From an uncultured Bacteroidales bacterium (lineage in GTDB: Bacteria > Bacteroidota > Bacteroidia > Bacteroidales > ML635J-15), in the NCBI GenBank assembly GCA_964418565.1, contig CAYQMB010000001.1, positions 14,433-78,432 of the forward strand: a stretch of DNA of 64,000 bases. The letters run 5' to 3'. A program made the translations under genes and the position numbers. The notes below the pieces were generated by a model, which was not told the DNA's origin, did no database searches, and saw only the letters and a list, made by a program, of their open reading frames with translations. Positions 10,701 to 20,000 of this stretch are shown here, in pieces (the first letter of the stretch is position 1; each line of letters opens with the position of its first letter).

Positions 10701-11245
10701 GCTCTGACTTTCAGATTATCACTCAGGTCCCCTTCAACCTGCAGGTTAAGGTTTGAATTCAGCACCGCGTTTTGCCTGTTACCAGCATTAACACCCCGTG
10801 CTATGCTTCCGCGTGTTCTAAGCTTTCCCTCATTAGAGCCTGCATTATTACGCAAATCAGCCGGGTTATATCCCATCGGTTTATTTGATACGCCGCTGGT
10901 AGTATCAGTGGTGTTCGGATTTTGCAACCATGGGTATTCACTAATCTGCGGCTGTTGGTAATAAAAAATCCTGTACGAACAGTACAAAGGCAAATCACAG
11001 ATGCTATCTGCAAGTACAACAATGCCATCACGTGGCTGTATTTTCCATGCTTTTGGCGAAATTTCCCGCCCTTCTGCCGCAAACAATTTGAAGCTGCCTG
11101 GAACAACAGGCGTTTCCCGGGTTTGATACTGACCATCAACACAACTCACACTCTCGGAGCGGTATGTCACCAGTTGCTGTGTATTTGCCATCTGAGCTGA
11201 CAACACCAAAAACACAGTAAGAATTATGGCCGGTATATCCTTCAT
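7778..11245 (-). CDS. very large outer-membrane protein of unknown function (predicted beta-barrel)
   Basis: The ORF runs 7778-11305. I prefer the internal ATG at 11245 because MKDIPAIILTVFLVLSAQMA is signal-peptide-like. The C-terminus ...QLRAYF is an aromatic OMP-type terminus, and alternating-pattern segments rich in Y/R/N/G run throughout. No named family recognised. Confidence 0.7.
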   Translation of the reverse strand: MKDIPAIILTVFLVLSAQMANTQQLVTYRSESVSCVDGQYQTRETPVVPGSFKLFAAEGREISPKAWKIQPRDGIVVLADSICDLPLYCSYRIFYYQQPQISEYPWLQNPNTTDTTSGVSNKPMGYNPADLRNNAGSNEGKLRTRGSIARGVNAGNRQNAVLNSNLNLQVEGDLSDNLKVRASLTDRNIPIQPDGTNQKLQEFDKVFIEVYNNDFSMLAGDIQLKQNEDYFMRYAKKARGALLSGKLNTENIDIESDLGVSISRGNYHRQEITGQEGNQGPYKLRGANNESYIIVISGSERIYVDGELMIRGQSQDYIIDYNTGELTFTANRLITKDSRIIAEFEYRAASYNRMMLATNHDIKTKNSRYYIRYYNASDGKNQPLDQRLDMQQRSFLSSIGDDLSSALYPAWDSTGFEQSQVRYRITDTTVNGQVYDSVFVYSTNPDSAVYQVGFTEVGENMGNYMRLNSAANGRVFQWVAPKNGVPAGNYAPVTQLITPKKHQMLSLGAEHQVSDQTEVFYQMSFSDRDINTYSDRDGQNDQGIAFHGGVNQYLLKDSTHNLRLGVAYDFIQRNFSVLERFRESEFKRNWNVDNELAAVNEHAGEVSLNYTSASSLKAMMKSAVMHRPGEYTGARNFLDASYRTKAWDVFAYGDLLNTRQKEFTGYFLKNRVKLGKLFSKWQWYGRYQQEWQKGYFTGSDSLAGNSFRFHELETYLKQGRQAENQWKLGYLYRLDKLPSQQRLVGSSEAHKLGMDYRLMKTKSNRLDAGLQYRKLNILKDHSMDNTQAQDNFAGQLRYRHESFGGFLSGNLFYESGAGLELKKEYSYLKVPDGQGVYTWTDYNENGVEELDEFEEAVYQDQADYIRIYIPGDDYIKTYNNSLSLSLNLRPDRIINEQEGFAAVLSKLSNRFNMNLSDKNTAYNTGMRYLPVSYFIPDSSLMFFNNNLRNVLSWNRMGSVFTADLIYQRQDNRSQLVNGEEGRQAESWKLQWRWNVSRMVSISNTTGLDQQEYSSQFFDNKNYRIKGESNNLDVRVQPDVNMRVRAFFEFRHKKDDLSNEFSRSFSPGVEYRNNALINGMLSARFEYVRMTYSGETGTSLAWQMLESLQPGDNYRWTLSYQKRLSNGLQLNLNYQGRQPAGEQIIHTGGIQLRAYF

Positions 11246-11334
11246 TGGATACGAATTTAAGCCTTTTTTTGTGCTTCTTATTCTTATCCGCTCAATATTT
11301 GCCAATTATCTGCGTTAGTTTTTAACAATAATAC

Positions 11335-11342
11335 TACTTTTG
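11335..11342 (+). promoter_or_regulatory. -7 promoter box TACTTTTG
   Basis: Exact TAnnTTTG match 16 nt upstream of the ATG at 11359. Confidence 0.35.
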
Positions 11343-11358
11343 CACAAAGCCTACGTCT

Positions 11359-12105
11359 ATGCGGCACAAAATTACGTTACTGATTCTTTTGGTTTTTCCC
11401 CTGGCTGGTTTCTCCCAGCTAAATGATACCTCAATAAACATGTTTCAGGCCAATGTTAATTATTCGATGCACCTTCCCGGCGGGGATCTTGCAGAAACAT
11501 TTGGCATGAGCCATACGGTTGGATTATCGGTAGATTTCAAACACAAAAGCAACTGGAACTTTGGTCTGGAATACGCTTACCTTTTTGGTGGCATGATAAA
11601 AGACAGCACCATACTGGATCATTTAAAAAACAGCGATGGTGACATCATTAACGAATACGGCGAAAGAGGCACCATTTTAATAACCGAACGAGGTTTTTAT
11701 GCCGGAGCTCATGTTGGCCGGCTGATTCCGGTGTTGGGTCCTAACCCGAACTCGGGCATAAAAGTGCAGGTTGGAGCAGGTCTTCTGGAGCACCACATTC
11801 ATATTGAGAACCGCAACAACAATGTGCCGGCTGTTCTGGGTGATTACAAGAAAGGTTACGATCACAGAACAAACGGATTTACCTTAAAAGAGTTTATTGG
11901 CTACCAGTTTCTCGATCCCAATGGGTATTTCAATTTCTATGCAGGTTTTGAATTCTACCAGGCATGGACATACAACCGAAGGGAAATGAATTTTGACACC
12001 GGTATGAAGGACACAGAGCTTAAAAAGGATTACCTTTCGGGCTTCCGTGTTGGCTGGATATTACCACTGTATCAGAAAGATCCGGAAGATTTCTACTATT
12101 ATTAA
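11359..12105 (+). CDS. small outer-membrane beta-barrel-like protein, unknown function
   Basis: 248 aa. Signal peptide MRHKITLLILLVFPLAGFSQ, aromatic-rich alternating segments, and C-terminus ...DFYYY. Confidence 0.6.
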   Translation: MRHKITLLILLVFPLAGFSQLNDTSINMFQANVNYSMHLPGGDLAETFGMSHTVGLSVDFKHKSNWNFGLEYAYLFGGMIKDSTILDHLKNSDGDIINEYGERGTILITERGFYAGAHVGRLIPVLGPNPNSGIKVQVGAGLLEHHIHIENRNNNVPAVLGDYKKGYDHRTNGFTLKEFIGYQFLDPNGYFNFYAGFEFYQAWTYNRREMNFDTGMKDTELKKDYLSGFRVGWILPLYQKDPEDFYYY

Positions 12106-12109
12106 TGGC

Positions 12110-13351
12110 ATGGCCCGACTGATTTACAGCACAAGCATATATGTTTACAGTCTGCTTATCAGGCTTGCGGCTTTATTTTACCCAAAAGCCAAGAGTTTCA
12201 TCAGAGGGCGCAAAAACTGGGAAAGCAAATTACAAAGCATTGCAGGTCTAAGTGATCGATGGTTATGGGTACACTGTTCTTCACTAGGAGAGTTTGAACA
12301 AGGCCGGCCTGTCATAGAAAAAATCCGTCGCGAACATCCGGATATATCCATTTTGCTTACATTTTTCTCCCCATCAGGATTTAAGGTAAGAAAAAATTAC
12401 GAGCATGCTGATGCAGTAATGTATATGCCCATGGATACGCGGCGAAATGCGAGGAAATTTGTTAAAATACTCAAACCACGGGCAAGCCTCTTTATCAAAT
12501 ATGAATTTTGGTATCACCACTTAAAAGCACTGCATGCTTCAGGTATACCAGTTTTCTTGATATCGGCTGTATTTCGTCCGTCACAGGTGTTTTTTAAATG
12601 GTATGGCGTATTTTTCAGGCGCATGTTACGATTTTATACCACCATTTTTGTCCAGGATGAACAATCCAAAACCTTGCTCAAGGGCATACATACGGAAACA
12701 AAAATTTCAGGAGACACCAGATTTGACAGGGTATGGGAAATCACACATGAAACCTGTCACAATAACCTACTTGAGGCATTTTCAAAAGACAATAAACGTA
12801 TACTGGTAGCCGGAAGCACCTGGATTCCCGACGAAACCATTCTGGAAAAAGCCTTACATGCATTTCCTGATATGAAGCTTATTCTTGCACCCCACGAAAC
12901 CGATACAAGCCGGATTGAAAAGGTAGCAGGGATTTTTGATTCACATCAAACCTGCGTGTTTTCCCGGGCAGATCTTAAGCATATAACTAACTGCCGCGTC
13001 CTTATTATTGACAGCATGGGATTTCTGTCAAAATTATACCGCTACGGCGATTTTGCCTACATCGGCGGAGGCTTTGGCAAAGGCATTCATAATACACTGG
13101 AGGCCGCATGCTATGGTATCCCGGTGATATTCGGACCAAACTACCAGCGTTTTAATGAAGCCAAAGAACTTATGCAGCAAGAGGCGGCATTCAGTATTGT
13201 TTCCGAAGCAGAGCTGATTCACAGATTGAAAATGCTTGTTGATGACAACTTCCGTCAGACTGCGGGTGAAAATGCCCTCACTTATGTCAAAAATAAGCGG
13301 GGAGCAAGTCAAAAAATACTGCATGCTTTACAAAAATCTGACGTTTTTTAA
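12110..13351 (+). CDS. waaA: 3-deoxy-D-manno-octulosonic acid (Kdo) transferase
   Basis: The KdtA/WaaA N-terminal pattern (WVHCSSLGEFEQGRPVIEKIR) and overall GT30-like sequence are present. I prefer the ATG at 12110 (MARLIYS...), just after the upstream stop at 12103-12105, over the ORF-track start at 12047. Confidence 0.9.
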   Translation: MARLIYSTSIYVYSLLIRLAALFYPKAKSFIRGRKNWESKLQSIAGLSDRWLWVHCSSLGEFEQGRPVIEKIRREHPDISILLTFFSPSGFKVRKNYEHADAVMYMPMDTRRNARKFVKILKPRASLFIKYEFWYHHLKALHASGIPVFLISAVFRPSQVFFKWYGVFFRRMLRFYTTIFVQDEQSKTLLKGIHTETKISGDTRFDRVWEITHETCHNNLLEAFSKDNKRILVAGSTWIPDETILEKALHAFPDMKLILAPHETDTSRIEKVAGIFDSHQTCVFSRADLKHITNCRVLIIDSMGFLSKLYRYGDFAYIGGGFGKGIHNTLEAACYGIPVIFGPNYQRFNEAKELMQQEAAFSIVSEAELIHRLKMLVDDNFRQTAGENALTYVKNKRGASQKILHALQKSDVF

Positions 13352-13617
13352 CAAGCTTTTTGAACGTTTACATACTAAGCTTTTCAAGACGCTGTCAAGG
13401 GGGAATAATGGCAAGTTGGTACAAAATTCATTGAATAATAATGGGTTGCCATTAATTTGCTTTTATATACCTAAATTTCAACAGCAATCTGTTTATAATT
13501 TCTCATCAATCTGATTGGCTGCCCTAATATCAAACCCTTGGGCTATCTATACCAATTGTTAAAAAAAATATTTGTTTCTGTGTATGTTATTGCCCTTCAG
13601 TTATTTGCAAAGGATCT

Positions 13618-13640
13618 AAAATCCTGTTGAAAATCCTGTT
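13618..13640. repeat. tandem direct repeat AAAATCCTGTT x2 (12-bp period) in the nrdJ upstream region
   Basis: Read directly: copies at 13618-13628 and 13630-13640, followed by a degenerate third copy AATAATCC. The preceding AGGAT...ATCCT forms a small inverted repeat. Confidence 0.45.
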
Positions 13641-13652
13641 AATAATCCATTT

Positions 13653-13660
13653 TATTTTTG
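13653..13660 (+). promoter_or_regulatory. -7 promoter box TATTTTTG upstream of nrdJ
   Basis: Exact TAnnTTTG match. It would give a leader of ~70 nt (ATG 13736) to ~135 nt (ATG 13799). Confidence 0.3.
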
Positions 13661-13696
13661 GTTCTATTGATTGTAAGCAAGCTTTATATTAGTGGT

Positions 13697-13719
13697 GGAT
13701 ATTTGCCCCCGCAATATCC
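13697..13719 (+). promoter_or_regulatory. leader hairpin upstream of the nrdJ start
   Basis: Perfect 7-bp stem GGATATT/AATATCC, extended by 2 GC pairs across a 1-nt bulge, with a CCCC loop. It ends 17 nt before the ATG at 13736. Confidence 0.4.
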
Positions 13720-13735
13720 GTGAACCATAAACCCA

Positions 13736-16321
13736 TTGCCTATGTTGACAGATGAGAAAACATTGAAACAGACTGCTATGCAGGAAGAAAAAGTAAAGAT
13801 GTATACAGACGAAGAAGCGTATAATGCTAGCCTTGAGTATTTTAAGGGAGACGAGCTGGCTGCGCGTGTGTGGATAAACAAGTATGCACTGAAAGATTCA
13901 GATGGCAGATTATATGAGTTAACACCGGACGACATGCATCGTCGTCTTACAAAGGAACTGTCAAGAATTGAGCAGAAATATCCGAATCCTCTGGATGAAA
14001 AGCATATTTATCAGTTGCTTAAGGATTTTCGGTATATCATTCCACAGGGCGGTCCAATGTCAGGCATTGGCAATAATCGTCAGATTGTTTCTCTGTCCAA
14101 CTGTTTTGTTATCGGACACGAAAAGCCCAGTGATTCATACGGCGGAATTTTAAAAATGGACCAGGAACAGGTTCAGTTAATGAAACGCCGCGGCGGTGTA
14201 GGCCATGACCTTTCTCACCTGCGGCCCAAAGGCAGCCCGGTAAAAAATTCGGCTCTTACGTCAACCGGCATTGTCCCGTTTATGGAACGCTATTCAAACA
14301 CAACCCGCGAGGTGGCACAGGATGGGCGAAGGGGTGCACTTATGCTTTCTGTTTCAGTAAAGCACCCTGATGCGGAAGATTTCATTGATGCCAAAATGGA
14401 AACCGGTAAAATTACAGGAGCCAATGTGTCTGTAAAAATCCATGATGATTTCATGCGTGCTGTCACTGAAGACAAAGAGTACATGCAGCATTTCCCCATC
14501 GAATCAAAACAACCCGTTTATCAGAAAAAAATTCGGGCAAAAGAGCTCTGGGAAAAAATTATTCACAACGCCTGGAAATCTGCCGAACCCGGCATCCTAT
14601 TCTGGGATACCATCACAAATGAATCCGTAGCCGATTGCTATGCTGACCTGGGTTACAAAACCGTATCAACCAACCCCTGCGGAGAAATTCCGCTTTGTCC
14701 GTACGACAGTTGCCGCCTATTGGCATTAAATCTGTACTCATACGTTGATAAGCCTTTCACCAAAGAGGCCAGCTTTAATTTTGATAAATTCCGTGATCAT
14801 ATCGCCGCCGCCCAGCGCATCATGGATGACATCATCGACCTTGAGGTTGAAAAAATTGATGCCATCCTGGCTAAAATTGCCGCTGATCCCGAAGATATGG
14901 AAACAAAGCGCACCGAACAGAAACTCTGGGAAAAAATCAAACACAAAGCCCTTGAAGGCCGCCGCACCGGAATAGGCATCACAGCAGAGGGTGATATGCT
15001 TGCTGCCCTTGACCTTCGTTACGGCACACAGGAAGCAACCGATTTCTCCGAAGAGATTCACAAGAACATTGCCATGGAAGCCTACCGCTCATCGGTTAAT
15101 ATGGCTAAAGACAGAGGTGCATTTCAGATATTCGACCCACAACGGGAAAAAGACAACCCTTTTATCAACCGTTTGGGCGAACAGGATCCTGAGCTGATTG
15201 AAAACATGCAAAAATGGGGACGCCGTAACATTTCGCTGCTCACCATTGCTCCCACAGGAACAACCAGCCTGATGACTCAAACCACCTCAGGTATAGAGCC
15301 GGTTTTCATGCCGGTATATCGCCGGCGCAGAAAAGTGAATCCTAACGACCCCAATATCAGGGTTGATTATGTTGATGAAACCGGCGACAAATGGGAAGAA
15401 TATGTGGTATTCCACCCGAAATTTGCCACCTGGCTCAAAGTGCAGGGTTATGATCCCGATGAAGTCAGAAATATGGAACCGGAAAACATTGATAAGCTGA
15501 TCGAAATTTCTCCATACCATAAAGCGAGTTCGAAAGATGTTGATTATATCCATAAAGTAAAAATGCAGGGACGCATTCAAAAATGGGTTGATCACTCAAT
15601 TTCAGTTACCATAAACATTCCGGAAAAGGCAACCGAAGACCTGGTTGACGAACTCTATCGTACGGCATGGGAATCAGGCTGTAAAGGTGTCACAGTATAC
15701 CGCGAAGGCTCACGCGACGGTGTTTTGCTTTCGGGCAGTAAATCGGATAAAAAATCGGATTACAAAATCGGAATCAAGCGGCCAAAGGTTCTGGAGGCTG
15801 ATATTGTACGTTTTCAAAACAACAAAGAAAAGTGGATTGCATTTGTTGGTCTGCTGGAAGGAAACCCCTATGAGATTTTTACCGGCCGTATGGAAGATGA
15901 GGTTCTGCCAATTCCTCAATCAATCACAAAAGGTAAAATCATCAAGAACAAACTTGAAAACGGCACAAGTCGTTACGATTTTCAATACACCAACCGCTAT
16001 GGGTACAGCGTCACCTTCGAAGGCCTTTCGCATCAGTTTAATACCGAATACTGGAATTATGCGAAACTGATTTCCAGTGTATTGCGATACGGCATGCCAA
16101 TTGAAAAAGCCGTAGAGCTTGTGGCATCTCTTAAACTCGACAGCGAAGCCATCAACACCTGGAAAAACGGGGTGGAACGGGGACTGAAACGTTACATACC
16201 CAATGGCACAAAAGCATCCAAAGAGGGCGAAAAATGTCCCGAATGTCAGGATACTGACAGTCTCGTTTATCAGGACGGATGCGTTATCTGCACAAGTTGT
16301 GGGTACTCCAAATGCGGATAA
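13736..16321 (+). CDS. nrdJ: adenosylcobalamin-dependent ribonucleoside-diphosphate reductase (class II RNR)
   Basis: 861 aa. N-terminal EYFKGDELAARVWINKYALKD pattern and active-site region NPCGEIPL. Cys-rich C-terminal tail CPECQDTDSLVYQDGCVICTSCGYSKCG, as found in many class II RNRs. The start is uncertain; alternative ATGs lie at 13742, 13778 and 13799. Confidence 0.9.
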   Translation: MPMLTDEKTLKQTAMQEEKVKMYTDEEAYNASLEYFKGDELAARVWINKYALKDSDGRLYELTPDDMHRRLTKELSRIEQKYPNPLDEKHIYQLLKDFRYIIPQGGPMSGIGNNRQIVSLSNCFVIGHEKPSDSYGGILKMDQEQVQLMKRRGGVGHDLSHLRPKGSPVKNSALTSTGIVPFMERYSNTTREVAQDGRRGALMLSVSVKHPDAEDFIDAKMETGKITGANVSVKIHDDFMRAVTEDKEYMQHFPIESKQPVYQKKIRAKELWEKIIHNAWKSAEPGILFWDTITNESVADCYADLGYKTVSTNPCGEIPLCPYDSCRLLALNLYSYVDKPFTKEASFNFDKFRDHIAAAQRIMDDIIDLEVEKIDAILAKIAADPEDMETKRTEQKLWEKIKHKALEGRRTGIGITAEGDMLAALDLRYGTQEATDFSEEIHKNIAMEAYRSSVNMAKDRGAFQIFDPQREKDNPFINRLGEQDPELIENMQKWGRRNISLLTIAPTGTTSLMTQTTSGIEPVFMPVYRRRRKVNPNDPNIRVDYVDETGDKWEEYVVFHPKFATWLKVQGYDPDEVRNMEPENIDKLIEISPYHKASSKDVDYIHKVKMQGRIQKWVDHSISVTINIPEKATEDLVDELYRTAWESGCKGVTVYREGSRDGVLLSGSKSDKKSDYKIGIKRPKVLEADIVRFQNNKEKWIAFVGLLEGNPYEIFTGRMEDEVLPIPQSITKGKIIKNKLENGTSRYDFQYTNRYGYSVTFEGLSHQFNTEYWNYAKLISSVLRYGMPIEKAVELVASLKLDSEAINTWKNGVERGLKRYIPNGTKASKEGEKCPECQDTDSLVYQDGCVICTSCGYSKCG

Positions 16322-16342
16322 TGAAGCAATTCATTTATAATT

Positions 16343-16379
16343 AAAAAAAAGGCAGATATATACATCTGTCTTTTTTTTT
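16343..16379. terminator. bidirectional-looking rho-independent terminator after nrdJ
   Basis: A8 run, 7-bp stem GGCAGAT/ATCTGTC (one G-U pair), 6-nt loop, then T9 run at 16371-16379. Confidence 0.7.
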
Positions 16380-16400
16380 CATCATGCTGGTATGTCAGAA

Positions 16401-16417
16401 TAGATTTGCTATTTTTG
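16401..16417 (+). promoter_or_regulatory. two adjacent -7 boxes TAGATTTG and TATTTTTG upstream of ruvA
   Basis: Exact TAnnTTTG matches at 16401-16408 and 16410-16417, which are 34 and 25 nt upstream of the ATG at 16442. Confidence 0.35.
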
Positions 16418-16441
16418 CTTTTTCTATCAGTAGTTCAGACT

Positions 16442-17026
16442 ATGTATGAATACCTAAAAGGACGCATCAGTGAAATAAATCCCAGTTATGCTGTGGTGGA
16501 AAACAATGGCATAGGCTGGTTTTTAAACATTTCAGTAAACACCTACTCCAGACTGAAAGAAGGACAGGAGTGCTTGTTGTACCTTCACCATGTTGTACGT
16601 GAAGATGACGAATTGCTGTATGCGTTTGAAAACAAATCAGAACGACAGATTTTCAGGCTTTTGATTACAGTCAATGGTGTTGGTGCCAATACAGCCCGCA
16701 CAATGCTGTCTACCCTTACGGCAGAAGACATTATACATGCTATACAAACCGATAATGTCGGGCAGCTTAAAAGCATCAAAGGCATTGGCATGAAAACAGC
16801 ACAGCGAATCATTGTTGATCTCAGGGATAAAATCACAGAAAAATCCGTTATGCCTGACGATAAATCTGTGGCATCAGACAATACAAACGAAAAAGAAGCG
16901 TTTGAAGCATTAGTCATGTTGGGTTTTAGTAAAAAACAAGTTCAGAAAGCCATGGAAAAGGTGGTGGCCAAACAACCCGATGCATCGGTTGAAGAGCTGG
17001 TTAAACTAACATTGAAGCAACTTTAA
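16442..17026 (+). CDS. ruvA: Holliday junction branch migration protein RuvA
   Basis: MYEYLKGRISEINPSYAVVENNGIGW... is a typical RuvA N-terminus. Helix-hairpin-helix regions are present (VNGVGANTARTML, IKGIGMKTAQRI). I prefer the ATG at 16442 over the TTG-type ORF start at 16406. Confidence 0.93.
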   Translation: MYEYLKGRISEINPSYAVVENNGIGWFLNISVNTYSRLKEGQECLLYLHHVVREDDELLYAFENKSERQIFRLLITVNGVGANTARTMLSTLTAEDIIHAIQTDNVGQLKSIKGIGMKTAQRIIVDLRDKITEKSVMPDDKSVASDNTNEKEAFEALVMLGFSKKQVQKAMEKVVAKQPDASVEELVKLTLKQL

Positions 17027-17039
17027 AACAAGTGCGCAT

Positions 17040-20000
17040 TTGAAGCGGATCAGGAAATATAAGACGTTGGTTGTTCTTGCAGCAATTCTGGCTTTTGTGG
17101 GGTTTTATCCGGGACACGCCGGTAATCTTCCATCAGAAAGTTCTGTTGAATTTCCTGTTTCTGACACCATACACTCAGCAGATACCATCGACATAGAAGA
17201 TGTTGATTTGCCATGGGAATTTTCACAAGACGACAACAATCCGCTAACCGATGAACCGCAATCTCCCCTTTTCGGACAAGATCCTGACGGCATTGAGAGT
17301 AATATAGAATACGATCCCGAAACCGATTCATACATCTTCAGAAGAACGCTGGGTGATTCTCTTGAACTGGGTACTCCTTACAGCCTGCCTTTTCAGGATT
17401 ATTTGCAGTACGATTTTGACCAGGGCATGAAAGATTACTGGCGCCAACGCGTTGAAAATGCCAGTTTTGAATCCCGGTCTACCCTGATACCTAAACTGGA
17501 GGTAGGCGGGGAGGCATTTGACCGCATTTTTGGCAGCAATACCATCGACATAAAGCCTCAGGGCTCAGCCGAATTAAGTTTCGGCCTGAACATCTCAAAA
17601 GTAGAAAACCCCAACCTGCCGGTAAAACTTCAGCGCACCACCACCTTTGATTTTGACGAACAAATCCAGATGAATGTGGTCGGGCAAATCGGTGATAAAA
17701 TGAAACTCAATGTCCAGTATGATACCGAAGCTGCATTTGACTTTGAAAATTCAGTAAAGATTGAGTATACCGGGCATGAAGATGAGATCATTCAGAAAAT
17801 TGAAGCCGGTAACGTATCACTGCCTCTTACAGGATCGCTTATTCAGGGTAGTCAGTCGCTCTTTGGTTTTAAAACAGAACTGCAGTTTGGCAAACTCACC
17901 ATGACAAGCATCTTCTCTCAGCAGAAAGGTGAAACCAGCACCATTACGGTAGAGGGAGGAGCCCAGATGCAGGAATTTGAACTGGATGCTGACGAATACG
18001 AAGAAGACAAACACTTTTTCCTCGCCCATTACTTTAAAGAACATTATGATCAAGCCCTGAAAAACCTCCCGGTAATCAACTCAGGTGTTAACATTACAAA
18101 AATTGAAGTGTGGGTAACCAATACCAGCGGTAATTTTGAAGATGCCCGTAACATTGTTGGGTTTACCGATTTGGGTGAGTCCAATAAAGAATTCATTCAA
18201 AATGAATGGGTACAGGCAAGCGGCATTAATGAAACCAGGTTGCCAAATGACTCAGTTAACACCCTGTTTAACATCACAGAAACGTATTCCGGAGTAAGAG
18301 ATATTAACCAGGTAAGCTCTGTTTTATCACAGGAGCCCCTTTCAATGCAGGGAGGTGTTGATTATCAGAAAATCGAATCTGCCAGAAAACTCAATCCATC
18401 CGAATACACGCTTAACTCCCAGCTTGGGTACATCTCTCTGAATTCACGACTCCAGTCGGATCAGGTATTGGCTGTGGCCTTTGAATATACCGTGGGTGGA
18501 CAAACCTTCCGCGTTGGTGAATTTGCCAACAGCGGCATCAGCGCTCCGGATGCTTTGATTGTCAAGCTGATTAAAGGAACCGCTCTGACACCCGACCTTA
18601 CTACCTGGGATCTGATGATGAAAAACATCTATTCCATTGGTGCTTATCAGGTAAACTCTGAAGATTTCATTCTGAACGTCATGTACCAGAATGACAAAAC
18701 CGGAACAGCCATCAACTACCTCCCGGCCGGCGATATTGACAATACCATCCTTCTCAGGGTTATGAATCTTGACAACCTCAACCAGCAGCTCGACCCTTAT
18801 CCTGACGGACGATTTGATTTTGTCAATAACATCACCATTCGCCCGCAAAACGGACGCATTATATTTCCTGTCAGGGAACCATTCGGCAGTCATTTGCGGC
18901 AGAAAATCACCAATGGCGATCCCTCGCTGGACGAGATTGCCGATGAATACGTGTTTCAGGAGCTTTATGACTCCACGCAAAGTACAGCCCGGCAGATTGC
19001 TGAAAAGAACAAGTTTTTCCTCGAAGGACAGTATAAATCCAGTTCGGGATCTGAGATCAGCCTCAACGCCATCAACATTCCGCAAGGATCTGTTAAAGTC
19101 ACTGCCGGAGGAGCTGAACTTGTGGAAAACCAGGATTACACGGTAGACTACAACCTTGGCCGTGTAAAAATCATCAACGAAGGCATACTTGAATCCGGCA
19201 CACCCATCAATATTTCCCTGGAAAGCAATTCATTATTCAGTGTTCAGACCAAAACCCTAGTTGGTACACATCTGAACTATGAGATTTCCAAAGATTTCAA
19301 TCTGGGAGCCACCATTCTGAATCTGACTGAACGTCCGCTGACACAAAAGGTAAGCATAGGAGACGAACCCATCTCAAATACCATCTGGGGTGTAAATGGT
19401 TCGTACCGGAGTGAGGTTCCGCAAATCACAAAAGCCATCGACTGGCTGCCATTGATTGAAACCAAAGAGCAATCTACCATCACCCTTACCGGAGAATTTG
19501 CCCACTTGATTCCGGGCCACTCAAGTGCCATTGAAGACGAGGGCAATGCCTATATTGATGATTTTGAAGGCAGCGAAACCAGCATCGACATCAAAATGTT
19601 TAACGCCTGGTCTCTTGCCAGCACGCCCACAGGGCAGGAAGGGTTGTTTCCCTATGGCGGGTTAATGGATAGCTTAAGGTATGGTTACAATCGCGCCAAG
19701 CTTGCCTGGTATGTTATAGATCCTTTGTTTCAGCGCAACAATAGCCCGGTAAGTGTTGAACAACAATCCAGCCATTATGTGCGGGAAATCCGGGAGCAGG
19801 AAATTTTCCCCAACAAAGAAAGTGAAACCGGTAACATTCCGGCAACCCTTGCTGTGCTGAACCTGGCATATTATCCAAACTTAAAAGGCCCCTACAACTA
19901 CGATGCAGACGGGGTAAATACCGACGGAACATTAATTAACCCTGAACAACGCTGGGGCGGCATAATGCGGGAGCTGCAAACCAATGATTTTGAAGAAGCC

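Noticed and set aside
13352-13735. A cobalamin riboswitch or NrdR box upstream of nrdJ.
   Set aside because: I could not find a B12-box-like core or the 16-bp NrdR palindrome by eye. Class II RNR uses B12 as a cofactor and is not the usual riboswitch target. Only an Infernal scan can fully exclude it, so the region is kept as a finding of unknown nature.
13736-16321. A possible intein or insertion in the 861-aa NrdJ.
   Set aside because: The sequence reads as continuous RNR. No intein block motifs (C/S…HN-C/S/T junctions with a homing-endonuclease-like insert) are visible. The length is normal for Bacteroidota-type class II RNR with the Cys-rich tail.
18444-19085. A 213-aa minus-strand ORF, and many other 60-145-aa antisense ORFs, inside sprA.
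   Set aside because: They lie entirely antisense to a confidently identified 2485-aa gene, with low-complexity, unrecognisable translations. These are typical shadow ORFs.
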